Virus genome (UHGV): UHGV-0277504
Source: a virus
DNA: 64,000 bases
Strand: one strand, 5' to 3'
The stretch's first letter is position 1. Every line of letters begins with the position of its first letter. The notes under the pieces are model-generated. The model was not told the DNA's origin, did not search any database, and was given only the letters and a program-made list of their open reading frames with translations. The position numbers and the translations under genes are program-made. Of this stretch, positions 49,569 through 59,979 are shown one piece after another.

Positions 49569-50231
49569 ATGTTTAAAAAATTAGTAGCTCCAATTGTAGT
49601 AGCAGGAGCATTATTTACAGTAGGACACTCAGCAGATGCTAGTGAAGTTAATTTTGAAGATTTAGCTAATAAAGCTCAACATAATAGCCCTGAATTAGTA
49701 CAACATCCAGTACATGCAGGAGCATACGATTATAATTTTACACGAGAAGGTATTAATTATCATTTTTATAGTGATGGTACTTACTTTGGATATGAATGGC
49801 ATAATACTTTAGTAGAAAATCCAACACAAGACCATTTAACACCTAATCCTAAAGCTACTAGTTCTAATACAGTAGCTAAACAAGAACAAGCACCTACAAA
49901 AGAAGTAGTTAAACGAGACGAAGTTGTTAAATCTTATAATACACCAGCTCAATCAACTTCATCAGTTAAATTAGCAAATGGTAACACACCAGGTGCTACT
50001 GGTTCAAGAGTAGCTCAAGAAATGGCTAAACGCACAGGCGTGTCAGCTTCAACTTGGGAGCACATCATTGCTAGAGAATCTAATGGAGACCCTAACGCAC
50101 ATAACCCTTCAGGAGCACATGGCGTGCTACAGACGATGCCAGGTTGGGGAGATACTTCAACAGTACAAGGACAAATTAACTCAGCAGTTAAAGCTTTCAA
50201 TGCTCAAGGTTTATCAGCTTGGGGTATGTAA
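49569..50231 (+). CDS. secreted transglycosylase-like domain protein (IsaA/SceD-like)
   Basis: Signal peptide MFKKLVAPIVVAGALFTVGHSADA; C-terminal WEHIIARESNGDPNAHNPSGAHGVLQTMPGW transglycosylase-like motif. Confidence 0.6.
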   Translation: MFKKLVAPIVVAGALFTVGHSADASEVNFEDLANKAQHNSPELVQHPVHAGAYDYNFTREGINYHFYSDGTYFGYEWHNTLVENPTQDHLTPNPKATSSNTVAKQEQAPTKEVVKRDEVVKSYNTPAQSTSSVKLANGNTPGATGSRVAQEMAKRTGVSASTWEHIIARESNGDPNAHNPSGAHGVLQTMPGWGDTSTVQGQINSAVKAFNAQGLSAWGM

Positions 50232-50317
50232 TATAAGTATTTAGACTTATGTAATAACTAATTACATAGGTCTTTTTTTTTGTTATATTAACCTTAGATA
50301 AACAATAGATTGGAGAC

Positions 50318-50665
50318 ATGATAATGGCAAAAGTTTTACGATTGTATGATAGTACAGATAAACTACTTGCAACGTCTGAAGAAGTCATTTCTAATTCAGC
50401 ATCTGTTCGTATTGATGACCTTAAACCTAATACATCTTATGAAGAAGGAAGTTTTAAAATTTCTTGGGTTATTAATGGTTCAGAATCAAGTAAAATAGAT
50501 GTTCCAGAATTCAAAACATTACCTACTACAAATGATAATTCAGATGATTCAGTAAGTCATACTTTAACATTTAACATGTTAAATTTTGATGATAATAACA
50601 TAACTATTAGTGAAGAAGAACCAGAAGATAAATCTAAAATTTGGTTTAAACCAGTAGAACAATAA
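50318..50665 (+). CDS. Ig/FN3-like domain protein (paralog of 51732..52010)
   Basis: Shared motif MAKxL…LATxExV…L.P.T.Y..G……G.E..K.DVPEF.T. Confidence 0.5.
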   Translation: MIMAKVLRLYDSTDKLLATSEEVISNSASVRIDDLKPNTSYEEGSFKISWVINGSESSKIDVPEFKTLPTTNDNSDDSVSHTLTFNMLNFDDNNITISEEEPEDKSKIWFKPVEQ

Positions 50666-50684
50666 GTAAAGGGGATATAATTTA

Positions 50685-51263
50685 ATGGCAAATTTATTAC
50701 CAAGTGTGTTTAATAAAGAAACAGGTAAATGGGAAACAATCATTGCTCGACCTGTAGCACAAGAAGTATTTAAAATTATGAAAGAAGATTATTTAAGAAG
50801 TAAAGGTGAAATTGGATATATTTTTGTTTCACATGATGAAGGAGATATGCCTGTAAACCTAGTATTATTCTATGATACTTCTAAAACAGGAACTGAAATA
50901 GTAGATAACCCTGAACGTGTTAAAGAAAATATTAAGTTTAATCTAGACCAATACCTATTAACTAAAAATAATAATGCTAAGCAATTCCGTATATCAGAAT
51001 TCAGACAAAGAATTGAAGATTTACATTTAGTTGATATTGATTCTGAATTCTATGTAGAAGTTATAGATACTGAAGGAGAGAAACACGTTATACCTTCAAC
51101 AAAAGCATTAACAAATAACTTTGAAATCACAAACGCTCTCTTAGAGGCAGGGAATGAAATTAAAGTTAAATATTTCTACAATGGTAATCCTATAGATGAC
51201 TTCATGTTAGATAAGAAAGTAACAGAAGAAAATAGAGATAGATACCCTAGTGAATCACAATAA
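50685..51263 (+). CDS. hypothetical protein
   Basis: 192 aa. Confidence 0.5.
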   Translation: MANLLPSVFNKETGKWETIIARPVAQEVFKIMKEDYLRSKGEIGYIFVSHDEGDMPVNLVLFYDTSKTGTEIVDNPERVKENIKFNLDQYLLTKNNNAKQFRISEFRQRIEDLHLVDIDSEFYVEVIDTEGEKHVIPSTKALTNNFEITNALLEAGNEIKVKYFYNGNPIDDFMLDKKVTEENRDRYPSESQ

Positions 51264-51286
51264 TAAATTATTTTTTTAAAATAAAC

Positions 51287-51315
51287 TTGTAAAAATAACA
51301 AATGTATGTTATAAT
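51287..51315 (+). promoter_or_regulatory. sigma-70-type promoter (TTGTAA-17-TATAAT)
   Basis: hexamers and spacing. Confidence 0.5.
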
Positions 51316-51319
51316 GTGA

Positions 51320-51670
51320 TTATCAGTATCCTAACACCTCTTAATAATGTGAAACACAGGGTGCAGTTTTTACTTAAAACCTTTTAAGGTTTGACTTACT
51401 AGAGAGTACAGTAAGTTGCTTGCATATTGGCTTTGTAAATATGTGTTGGTTCCGACATGAAACTTCTTCATTGTCCGTACTCTATTGACCTATCTACCAT
51501 GTTGTAGAAAAGGACTACATTAACGTTAATAGAAAATGACCTTAAACCTGCAATTACTTATCATAGGAAAACTATGATAAGTCCCTGCTATATAGGTATA
51601 CTTTAATCAATGTAACCTAGGGACATACGATTGAGTATACTATTATATAGTATACATTGCAGGTTTTTTA
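51320..51670 (+). ncRNA. candidate long structured leader/ncRNA
   Basis: ~350 nt non-coding, GC-richer, multiple hairpins; closing long-range stem CCTGCAAT…ATTGCAGG + TTTTTTA (51540-51668). Confidence 0.35.
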
Positions 51671-51731
51671 TATAATTAATGTTATATTATCTAGTGTAAG
51701 AAAAAATATACGATAAGGGATGAATAACAAC

Positions 51732-52010
51732 ATGGCAAAAAAACTAATAGCTTACAACAAACAAGGTGAGAAATTAGCAACAGGAGAACCAGTAGAATCA
51801 GGTAAAGCAACAGTACAATTAACAGGATTAACACCAGAAACTACTTATGCTAAAGGTGATTACCAAGTAGCAATTGATGTAGATGGTCGTGAAGGTAACA
51901 AAGTAGACGTACCTGAGTTTACAACACAAGCTACACCAGTAGCGGAGCCTGAAAATGTAGAAGCTGGAGAAACAACAGATACTACAGCTGACATTTCAGC
52001 AGATGTATAA
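51732..52010 (+). CDS. Ig/FN3-like domain protein (paralog of 50318..50665)
   Basis: start MAKKLIAYNKQ after TAAGGGA SD. Confidence 0.5.
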   Translation: MAKKLIAYNKQGEKLATGEPVESGKATVQLTGLTPETTYAKGDYQVAIDVDGREGNKVDVPEFTTQATPVAEPENVEAGETTDTTADISADV

Positions 52011-52040
52011 CTTAGAAAAAGTCGTTTAATGACAAGTAAT

Positions 52041-52077
52041 TACTAGGACTGGGATTTATTCCTAGTCCTTATTTTTT
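52041..52077 (+). terminator. rho-independent terminator
   Basis: ACTAGGACTGGGATTTATTCCTAGTCC + TTATTTTTTT. Confidence 0.6.
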
Positions 52078-52109
52078 TAAAAAGTTGAATATAATGTAAG
52101 AAAAATTAA

Positions 52110-52137
52110 AGACTAGTTTGTAACTAGTCTTTTTTTA
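52110..52137 (+). terminator. rho-independent terminator
   Basis: AAGACTAGTT-TGTA-AACTAGTCTT + TTTTT. Confidence 0.65.
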
Positions 52138-52144
52138 TTTGTAG

Positions 52145-52173
52145 TTGACAGATAAAGTTATCTATGGTATACT
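52145..52173 (+). promoter_or_regulatory. sigma-70-type promoter (TTGACA-17-TATACT)
   Basis: hexamers and spacing. Confidence 0.55.
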
Positions 52174-52204
52174 CTATTTAGTAACTAATAAGAGAGGTGT
52201 AGTA

Positions 52205-52513
52205 ATGAGTAATTTAGGTTATAAACTTAACCAAGTAACAAAAGAGAAGATAAGCAATCAATGTTTATCAGAATACAAAGATAAAATTTTAAAATTTATA
52301 ACTAACAAATTATATGAAGAAGCAAATGAAGGGAAATATAGTACAAATATAAGCTTATATCATGTTTATTCACATTTTGATATTCATCCTTCTAGTCAAT
52401 TTACATTTGATATTTTAAATTATTTTAGACGTAATGGTGTTAATGTTATTATGAAGTGTACAGATTCTGAATACCCTTACCCTATATATTATGAATTTAG
52501 TTGGGAAAAGTAA
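52205..52513 (+). CDS. hypothetical protein
   Basis: start MSNLGYKLNQ after AGAGGTG SD (track ORF start 52145 lies inside the promoter). Confidence 0.5.
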   Translation: MSNLGYKLNQVTKEKISNQCLSEYKDKILKFITNKLYEEANEGKYSTNISLYHVYSHFDIHPSSQFTFDILNYFRRNGVNVIMKCTDSEYPYPIYYEFSWEK

Positions 52514-52552
52514 CTTTAAATTAGTAAAAAATAATAGAAAGTAGGTATAGTA

Positions 52553-53137
52553 ATGTATATTATTGTAGGACAAGATTTTGATGTATTTGATTACCAAGAG
52601 GTTTATACTGATTATAATGTATGTTTAGCAAACACAGAAAATGAAGCAAAAAAAATTGTAGATTATTTAAATAAAAATAATTATGAAGAAGGTTTATTTA
52701 AGTATATTAAAATATCTAGTTATTCTTTAGAGGAATTAAAAAATAAACATAGATATTACCATGTTTATGGTTATGTTACTTTAGAACGTCAAAACCATGT
52801 ATTTAAAGTTAAAGATAGTTCAATTAATAATTTAGACTATTACCCTTGCTTAGAGTATTTAAATGAAGATGAAATTCTAGAAAATAATGAATACTATATG
52901 TATGAGTCTGGTGATGATAGGGTGCCATATAAAATACATTGTTACAGTGTAAGTAAAAATAAAATTGATGTTAATATTGAACTACCTTTATCTCAAGATA
53001 AAGAAAAAACAAATAAACAATTTAAATTACTAGAAAATAAAATAAAATCAATTGTAGATAATATAGCTAAAGAAGATATACGTTCATCAAACAAATATAA
53101 ACAAGATATTGAAAATTTAAGTAAGGGAGAATTATAA
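52553..53137 (+). CDS. hypothetical protein
   Basis: 194 aa. Confidence 0.5.
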   Translation: MYIIVGQDFDVFDYQEVYTDYNVCLANTENEAKKIVDYLNKNNYEEGLFKYIKISSYSLEELKNKHRYYHVYGYVTLERQNHVFKVKDSSINNLDYYPCLEYLNEDEILENNEYYMYESGDDRVPYKIHCYSVSKNKIDVNIELPLSQDKEKTNKQFKLLENKIKSIVDNIAKEDIRSSNKYKQDIENLSKGEL

Positions 53138-53139
53138 TT

Positions 53140-53394
53140 ATGCGTTTATATCAAGCAGAACACGATAATTGTGAGCAATATGAAGACAATTATTCTTATA
53201 GAGAAAATAAAGCTTATACAAATAAGGATAACTTAATTAAACGTATTAAAGAAGAAGGGTACGAAGAAAAAAGAAGCGGTTACCTTCAAGATGGGTACAT
53301 TTATTACCATAAAGATAATATAGAAGATGTACCTCTTTTTAAGGAAGATATGATTATAATCCATGAATTAGAAATTGTTAAAGAAAATACTTAA
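53140..53394 (+). CDS. hypothetical protein
   Basis: 84 aa. Confidence 0.45.
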   Translation: MRLYQAEHDNCEQYEDNYSYRENKAYTNKDNLIKRIKEEGYEEKRSGYLQDGYIYYHKDNIEDVPLFKEDMIIIHELEIVKENT

Positions 53395-53452
53395 CATAAA
53401 GATATTTTTTATAGTATAATAAAGGAAAAGATACTAGAAGGAGAGAATTATA

Positions 53453-53926
53453 ATGAGTAAATATGAAAAAGAAATAGAACAATTTTTAGAATCAGAAAGT
53501 GTAAAAATAGATTATGGTACTTTTGAATTAGAATTTGAAAAAGGTAAATCTCCATTTATTCATTTACTATATAAAGGATTACCAATTGATACACTAGAAA
53601 ATTATCTTATTATTACAGAAGAGTATTTACAACAACTATTTGAAAAATATGAATATTATCCTAAGGAATACTTTGAAGATAAGTTAACTAAAACAGATAA
53701 AAGAATTAAAAAAAGAAAAATAGGAAATGAAATACTAAATAAAACTAAAGACCTACATGAATTATCTTCAGAAATAGAAAAAATTATTAAGCTTTATGAA
53801 GAAGCATTTAATACAAAAGAAGAATATTTATTTAAAGAATATGAAATAGGTTTATATATTACACACTTAGATGAAGTTATCCAAAAGTTAAATAAGTATA
53901 CAGAATATAATAATAATGACTTTTAA
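53453..53926 (+). CDS. hypothetical protein
   Basis: 157 aa. Confidence 0.5.
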   Translation: MSKYEKEIEQFLESESVKIDYGTFELEFEKGKSPFIHLLYKGLPIDTLENYLIITEEYLQQLFEKYEYYPKEYFEDKLTKTDKRIKKRKIGNEILNKTKDLHELSSEIEKIIKLYEEAFNTKEEYLFKEYEIGLYITHLDEVIQKLNKYTEYNNNDF

Positions 53927-53947
53927 TACTTATATTTTATAAATAAA

Positions 53948-53976
53948 AGCAAGAGTTTTTATCTCTTGCTTTTTAA
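53948..53976. terminator. bidirectional terminator between convergent genes
   Basis: AAAAGCAAGAG-TTTTTATC-TCTTGCTTTTT. Confidence 0.6.
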
Positions 53977-55437
53977 ATTATCTATTTTATTTTTCAATAT
54001 ATCTATTTCTTTTTGATAATCTCTTATTTCAAATTCATAAGCTTCATATTCTATCTGATTTAATTTTTTTAATTTATTTACATATTCTCTTACAATTTTT
54101 TTATTTAATTTAGATTCTATAGATATTTCTTTTAAAGTTAAATTTTTTTCATATAATTTTTTAACTAATAAAATATTATCTATATCATAAAAAGAATTTT
54201 TAAAAACGTTAAACCAATTAACATTAGGATTATATAAAGAGGAATTCTTAATACTAGTTTTAATGTATTCAAAGTCAGAAAGCTCAGCATTTATTTCTAT
54301 ATAGTTAATACCATTATTAATAACCGCTTCTTTTTTCTCTTTATCTACTCTTTGTTGTTCTTCTAAAGTTAGTTTAAATCTAGCACCTTCTCTTAACTCT
54401 TTATAATGTTGAGCACCATGAACTTCTATCACACAATTTAAATTTGGTAAATAGAAATCATACCTTCTTCTTTTTAAGAAATCAAAAGTTTTTTCTTGTA
54501 TATAAAAAATACCTAATTCATCTAAGTAAGCTTTAACGACTTTTTCTGGATAACTTCTTTTTATATTAAATTTACTTTTGTTTTCTTTATTTTTACTTTT
54601 TAATTCCGCACAATAACCACAATTTTTTTGTACTCCATTTAAAAAATGGTCTACTCTAACCTTCTTAACTGTACCGCAAGTTAAACACTTAACTTTAAAC
54701 ATATTTCTTGTATTTATAGTACCATCCTTATTTATAAACTCTTCATTAAAATAATCAACTATCTCATAGTTATTATTTACTTCACCTATTAAATTTTTAT
54801 TAGCATCAGAATCTTTATTAGCTAAATAAGATATATTACAAGTAAAGAAATTATACTCATTATATAATCTATTTTTATTATCATGTTCTAATCTTATATA
54901 ACCAATTTCTTTACCTTTATTATTGTACTTAGTAAAATAGTCTAAGATAGTGACGTAACCCTTATAGTTATTAAATTCAAAGTAAACATCACAACCAATA
55001 CTATTTTTTAAATCTACTTTACCATTATTTTTTAGCGGTAAACTTTCATAATACATCTTTCTTTTAGTTGATTCTTTACTGTGTTTTAATTTATCACCTA
55101 CTATACTTTTAAGTGATACATTTAAAAAACTTTCTTTATTTATAACATAATAGTTATTATCATACTTTAATTTTAAACGAGCTTTTTTATTATCTTTAGT
55201 ACTAGGTAAATATTCTTCTATTACTATATAACCTTTAACACTTATATACTCAAAAGGAACTTCTGTATTATTACATTTTTTAAAATCATATACTTCTTTT
55301 CCTGATGGCTGTGTTTTAGTAGGTACATTAGTTAAGTCTATGTAACAAGGTTTATTATTTTTATATACTTTAATTATTTTATCCATTAAATATTTCTCCT
55401 TACTATTTTTTATCCTAGGTACACTATAATATAACAA
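53959..55437 (-). CDS. free-standing homing-endonuclease-like protein (zinc ribbons + DUF559/Vsr-like nuclease motif), largest paralog
   Basis: 492 aa; C-terminal RYDFYLPNLNCVIEVHGAQHY…; CLTCG…CGYC zinc ribbon. Confidence 0.6.
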   Translation of the reverse strand: MLYYSVPRIKNSKEKYLMDKIIKVYKNNKPCYIDLTNVPTKTQPSGKEVYDFKKCNNTEVPFEYISVKGYIVIEEYLPSTKDNKKARLKLKYDNNYYVINKESFLNVSLKSIVGDKLKHSKESTKRKMYYESLPLKNNGKVDLKNSIGCDVYFEFNNYKGYVTILDYFTKYNNKGKEIGYIRLEHDNKNRLYNEYNFFTCNISYLANKDSDANKNLIGEVNNNYEIVDYFNEEFINKDGTINTRNMFKVKCLTCGTVKKVRVDHFLNGVQKNCGYCAELKSKNKENKSKFNIKRSYPEKVVKAYLDELGIFYIQEKTFDFLKRRRYDFYLPNLNCVIEVHGAQHYKELREGARFKLTLEEQQRVDKEKKEAVINNGINYIEINAELSDFEYIKTSIKNSSLYNPNVNWFNVFKNSFYDIDNILLVKKLYEKNLTLKEISIESKLNKKIVREYVNKLKKLNQIEYEAYEFEIRDYQKEIDILKNKIDNLKSKR

Positions 55438-55727
55438 AAATTAACGGGGCGGGGTATGAGTACATAAGAAAGTTATTTATTATTATTTTGTTGACTTTTG
55501 TAGATTATAGTTTATTTTTAAGGTGGTTTATAGGGAACCTGAGGTAGGTATACTAGGGTATTATTACACCCCCTGTTTATGGCAATTTATAACGGGGCGT
55601 ATATATAAAAAAATTATACAATATAATAATAACATTATATCATTGTTTATTTATTTCTTTTTATTTATTTTCTTAATTTTTTTATTTATTTTTTTATATT
55701 TTTAAAAACAAAAAAATACAAAGGGAA

Positions 55728-56006
55728 TTATTCCACTTTGTACTCTCTTACTAATATCTCTAGTTCTTCATCTTCTATTGTTTCTAAGTCTTCTAGTTGT
55801 TCATCTATTGAAGCATTTTCAATGCTTAACGCTTCTGTTAGCTCTTCATATGTTAAGCTCTCATTGATAGCTTCTAATCGTTCTGTAGCAAGTTCTTTTA
55901 GTTCTTCTAATAGTTCTTGTTGTCTTCTTTCTTCCTCTCTGTCCTGTTCCTCCTGTTCTCTCTCAGATTGTAAATATTCGATTTCGTATTGGTTTAATGT
56001 TTTCAT
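55728..56006 (-). CDS. acidic small protein
   Basis: 92 aa, E-rich. Confidence 0.45.
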   Translation of the reverse strand: MKTLNQYEIEYLQSEREQEEQDREEERRQQELLEELKELATERLEAINESLTYEELTEALSIENASIDEQLEDLETIEDEELEILVREYKVE

Positions 56007-56273
56007 AATTAAGCAACTCCTTTGATTTGTTAATTATATTATAGCATTATAACATAGAAACTGTCAACAGGTTTTTTAATCTTTTTTAATAACATATTTA
56101 ACAATGTTATCATCGAGTTTGTTCTCAATATCTACCATTGAACAGTTAGGAGTTACCTCTTCACGTGTGACTCTCACAGCCTCGACAAGAGCTTTTTTTG
56201 TTTCCTCGTTCATTTATATGTTTTCCTTCCTTCTTTCTTTAATATGAAGCTATAAGGTGCCTTATAACTAATA

Positions 56274-56621
56274 CTAGAATTCTTCTACCTCTTCAACCAT
56301 TTCAAAATATTGTTCTTGCTCTGCTGTTGGTTCTTGTCCTTGTTTTACTAAAATCCAACCACTCTCTGGCACATGTTGAATCATTCCTGTTCTTTCATGT
56401 GCTTGTTTCCAAAAGTCTTCTGTGTATCTGTCTATATCGTCAAACAATACCTCAATTATACGATGGTCTTCTGTACGACAACCGTCATAAAACATGCCAC
56501 TGATTAAAGTACCATCATCTAAGATGTAAATTGCTTCATCTAAATTCTCTGTAGTTTCTACGCCTTCCGCTTCAAATAGTTCAATAATTTCTTCATTTGT
56601 TAATGTTCTCATTACTAACAA
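56274..56621 (-). CDS. hypothetical small early protein
   Basis: 115 aa; own TTGACA-17-TATTAT promoter at 56643-56671 (minus). Confidence 0.5.
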   Translation of the reverse strand: MLVMRTLTNEEIIELFEAEGVETTENLDEAIYILDDGTLISGMFYDGCRTEDHRIIEVLFDDIDRYTEDFWKQAHERTGMIQHVPESGWILVKQGQEPTAEQEQYFEMVEEVEEF

Positions 56622-56642
56622 CTCCCTTTTCTTTATATATCT

Positions 56643-56671
56643 ATAATAACATGATATATAAATGTTGTCAA
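56643..56671 (-). promoter_or_regulatory. sigma-70-type promoter (AAAAAGTGTTGACA-17-TATTAT)
   Basis: same family as plus-strand early promoters. Confidence 0.55.
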
Positions 56672-56701
56672 CACTTTTTTATTTAAAATATGAAACGGAA
56701 A

Positions 56702-56986
56702 TTATTCCGCTTCTTCTTGCATAGCAATAAAATCATTATATTTTTCTTCATTATCTGTATAAGTAATTATCAAATCTGAAGACCATTCATTTAAATAAAC
56801 CTCTTCAATAATTGCATATTTACGAACGATACGACCAAATTTTATTTTTTCTTGGCTATTGTCTATTGTGAATTCATCCGCAAGTGAGCCGATGAATCTA
56901 TTAACCTCTAACCCCCAATCTGAACATTGTTCAACTAAATTTTCCGCAATTTCTAGTGTAATTTGTTTCTTAATATCTTTTTTCAT
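56702..56986 (-). CDS. hypothetical small early protein
   Basis: 94 aa. Confidence 0.5.
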   Translation of the reverse strand: MKKDIKKQITLEIAENLVEQCSDWGLEVNRFIGSLADEFTIDNSQEKIKFGRIVRKYAIIEEVYLNEWSSDLIITYTDNEEKYNDFIAMQEEAE

Positions 56987-57057
56987 TTGTAATAATTCCT
57001 TTCTTAACTTTCTATAATTATAATATCATGTTATAGTTACGTTGTCAATAGTTTTTT

Positions 57058-57387
57058 TTAAATTTCTAAATATCTTTTTTTGTCTGTATCTGGGTTGTGA
57101 ATTTCAATTTTTAAAGTTGTATCATTATTAAATACTGAGCAAATTGTTTCATTATCTAAATTCATTAATTTGTTGTTAATTACATAATCAAAAATTTCAT
57201 CCATTAGTTTATCTTCTTTTTCAGTGTTTGGCTTATCTTCATATAAATCCTTACCATCGTTAAAGTTTTCAATATCCATAAAGTTATAGTTTGATAAAAA
57301 TTTATTTTTGAAATTTGTCATAGTAATCAATTCCTCTCTTGTTTTAATTTCTATATTTATATTAACATGTATTATGTAAGGTGTCAA
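57058..57387 (-). CDS. hypothetical small early protein
   Basis: 109 aa. Confidence 0.45.
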   Translation of the reverse strand: MTPYIIHVNINIEIKTREELITMTNFKNKFLSNYNFMDIENFNDGKDLYEDKPNTEKEDKLMDEIFDYVINNKLMNLDNETICSVFNNDTTLKIEIHNPDTDKKRYLEI

Positions 57388-57495
57388 TACCTTTTTTTAT
57401 TTTTTTCTGTAAGGTGTGGGAGTTTTCCGCTCCCTTAACCTTACATCTTTATATTATCATAGTTTCAAATTATTGTCAATAGTTTTTTTTAAAAT

Positions 57496-57825
57496 TTATT
57501 CTACAAATTCTATAGGCTCAATTTCCCCGTCTTCTAGTAGTTCATTGTAGCGTTCTACAATTTCATTGTAATTGTCTTTCAATAGTTCTTTATAGTCTAG
57601 GTTGTCTAAGCTGTCTAAGTTACCGTAAACGTTAATCGTGAAATAATCATCATTCCAATCAAACTCTCCAAAGTGTGCCATTCTTAAAATTTCTGTAACT
57701 GATATGCCTACTAAAATCTCGTCTAGTTCATCCATTGGATTATAGTCAAATTCTTCTAAACTGTCATCCCATGCGTTAACCTCTCTTACGATTTCTTTTA
57801 ATTGTTCTACTGTGTATTTTTTCAT
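57496..57825 (-). CDS. hypothetical small early protein
   Basis: start MKKYTVEQ after AAAAGGAATTGATTAGA leader. Confidence 0.5.
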   Translation of the reverse strand: MKKYTVEQLKEIVREVNAWDDSLEEFDYNPMDELDEILVGISVTEILRMAHFGEFDWNDDYFTINVYGNLDSLDNLDYKELLKDNYNEIVERYNELLEDGEIEPIEFVE

Positions 57826-58141
57826 TCTAATCAATTCCTTTTCTTTGTTTTGTTTTTCTTTCTATAATTATAATACCATGTGCTTTAGTTTCTGTCAATA
57901 CTTTTTTTAAAGTTTTTTTTTATTTTTTTCTGTAAGGTGTTTCCTTAACCTTACAACTATATAATATCAAATAGTGAAGAGATTGTCAACACTATTTGAT
58001 AAAAATATTTATACTATCTTGAATACTAATCAAGTAATCAAGAACAGTAATAACTGTTGTACCACCTACTAAGGTAGCCAAAGCGTCAGTTAATTCTGTG
58101 CTTTTATATGATTTGTTTTTATATTTAAATTTAATCATTTT

Positions 58142-58381
58142 TTAAGCTCCTTTTTTTATATATTTTGTTTTATTATCATTAAGAATAAGTTTAACACATT
58201 TAGGAGTAGTTGAGATTTCTTTTGCTCCTGTGCCATATAGATTTAAACATGATAAATTTATTTTATAGAACAAGTCATCACATTCTTCAATGTTAGACCA
58301 TTGAGAAACATCAGGTGTTATAGTTCCCTGCTCTTTAATTCTTTCGTATGTGTCGGCTATATAGTTTTTATATTCTTTCAT
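58142..58381 (-). CDS. hypothetical small early protein
   Basis: start MKEYKNY after AAAGGAATTGTTACAA leader. Confidence 0.45.
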   Translation of the reverse strand: MKEYKNYIADTYERIKEQGTITPDVSQWSNIEECDDLFYKINLSCLNLYGTGAKEISTTPKCVKLILNDNKTKYIKKGA

Positions 58382-58460
58382 TTGTAACAATTCCTTTCTT
58401 TATTTGTTAAGTTAATAATAACATGTGTAGGGGTTGATTGTCAACCCCTTTATTTAATTT

Positions 58461-58601
58461 TTATTTTTGTAACTCTTCTAGTTCTTTTTTAGCTTTCTTA
58501 ATCTCTCTTCTTGCTTCCGCTTCTTCTTTCTTAGTAAGGTCTTGGAATTCCAATTCCATTTCTAAGTTCTCGATAATGCTTTCTAGTTCTAATTCTCTCA
58601 T
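58461..58601 (-). CDS. small coiled-coil peptide (46 aa, MRELELESIIENLEMELEFQDL…)
   Basis: Identical leader AAAGGAATTGTTACAAATG as the gene at 58381; below the ORF-track cutoff; plus-strand ORF 58438..58638 is probably its shadow. Confidence 0.4.
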   Translation of the reverse strand: MRELELESIIENLEMELEFQDLTKKEEAEARREIKKAKKELEELQK

Positions 58602-59487
58602 TTGTAACAATTCCTTTCCTTATTTGTTAACTCTATAATAACATGTTGTGTTTAAGTTGTCAATAGTTATTTTGAATATTTTACAATTTTATTTGCTTTC
58701 AAAAATGTAACATCTTGACGGTAGCTTTTTAATTCTTCTGCAAAATTTTCATTATTTTTCATACCGATTAATTTTAAAGTTGTTGTAATTTTTTTCATTT
58801 AAATCAATTCCCTTCAAATTCTATAATTTTTTTATTTAATTTCTTTAGGTTAGAAGCGGTTGACCGCTTCCTTAACCTTACAATTATATAATATCATAGT
58901 TTCAAGTGACTGTCAACACTTTTTAAAAAATTAATTCTTTTTCTTTTTTACTATCCATATACATTTTTATTTCACAACATAACCAAAGTGTTATCATTTG
59001 TAACAACCCCTAATTAATAATTTTTTTATATAATTCTTGTAAGGTTTGTTATTGCTTTCCCTTACAACTATTATATTACTACACATTAAAAACAATTGCA
59101 ACCCCTAAATGCAAATTTTTTTAAGAAAAAAAAATAAAAAAAATTTGTAAAACCCCTTTACAAATACCGTAGAATTTGTTATTCTATATATATAGAAAGA
59201 AAGCGGTGACCTGCATCCATGTCCGCTATATAAATGAAGTTGTAGGGGGAAAGACTAGCCCTAAACCTTTTAATATAAAAAAGTTATTTAATTTTATTTT
59301 TATATTAAAAAAAGATTCCCACTCTATTATAGCATTTTTAATATAATATTGTCAAGTACCAATTTTACACCCTTTTATTTATTATATAATTTTTTTATAT
59401 AAATATAAAACAAATAAAAAACCTAGGAATTTAATCCTAGGTAAATTATTATTTAATATAATTTTTTTATTTAATTCAGAAGCGGTT

Positions 59488-59769
59488 TTATTTAACCGCT
59501 TCTTTTTCTTTAACTGTTTCTAGTGCCCATTTGATAGTTTCTTCAATGTTGTAGCTTTGGAATACTACACCGCCACCGAACCATTTAGCAGTGTACTTTT
59601 TAAAACCATATAGCTTATTAATCTCATCATAATCCCAAAGGCTAATACCTAGGTCGCTAAAGTGTACTACATATCTAGGGTTTCCGTTATTATCATTTTC
59701 AATTCTGAAAGCTGTAATCTCGTTTCCATTTACTGTCACTGTTTCTTCATATTTAAAATTCTTTTTCAT
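59488..59769 (-). CDS. hypothetical small protein
   Basis: 93 aa; followed by minus-strand terminator at 59440-59465. Confidence 0.5.
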   Translation of the reverse strand: MKKNFKYEETVTVNGNEITAFRIENDNNGNPRYVVHFSDLGISLWDYDEINKLYGFKKYTAKWFGGGVVFQSYNIEETIKWALETVKEKEAVK

Positions 59770-59979
59770 TTAAATCAAATCCTTTTCTATATATTTTTTA
59801 TTAAATTTCCTTATTTGCTTTAAGTTATTTCCTTAACCTTACATCTTTATATTAACATGTTTCTTATAAGCTGTCAACACCTTTTTAAAACTTTTTTTTT
59901 AATTTTTTTCTTGCTGTTGTTTCCTTTCCCTTACAAGTATTATTATAGCAAAAAGGGGCTATGATTACAACCCCTATTT

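Noticed and set aside
57400-57450. T-run + hairpin elements (e.g. TTTTTTTATTTTTTTCTGTAAGGTG…CCTTAC) as intrinsic terminators
   Set aside because: On the plus strand the U-run precedes the hairpin, and on the minus strand the hairpin is followed by an A-run. Neither orientation is a terminator; they are interpreted as promoter-proximal 5' stem-loops instead.
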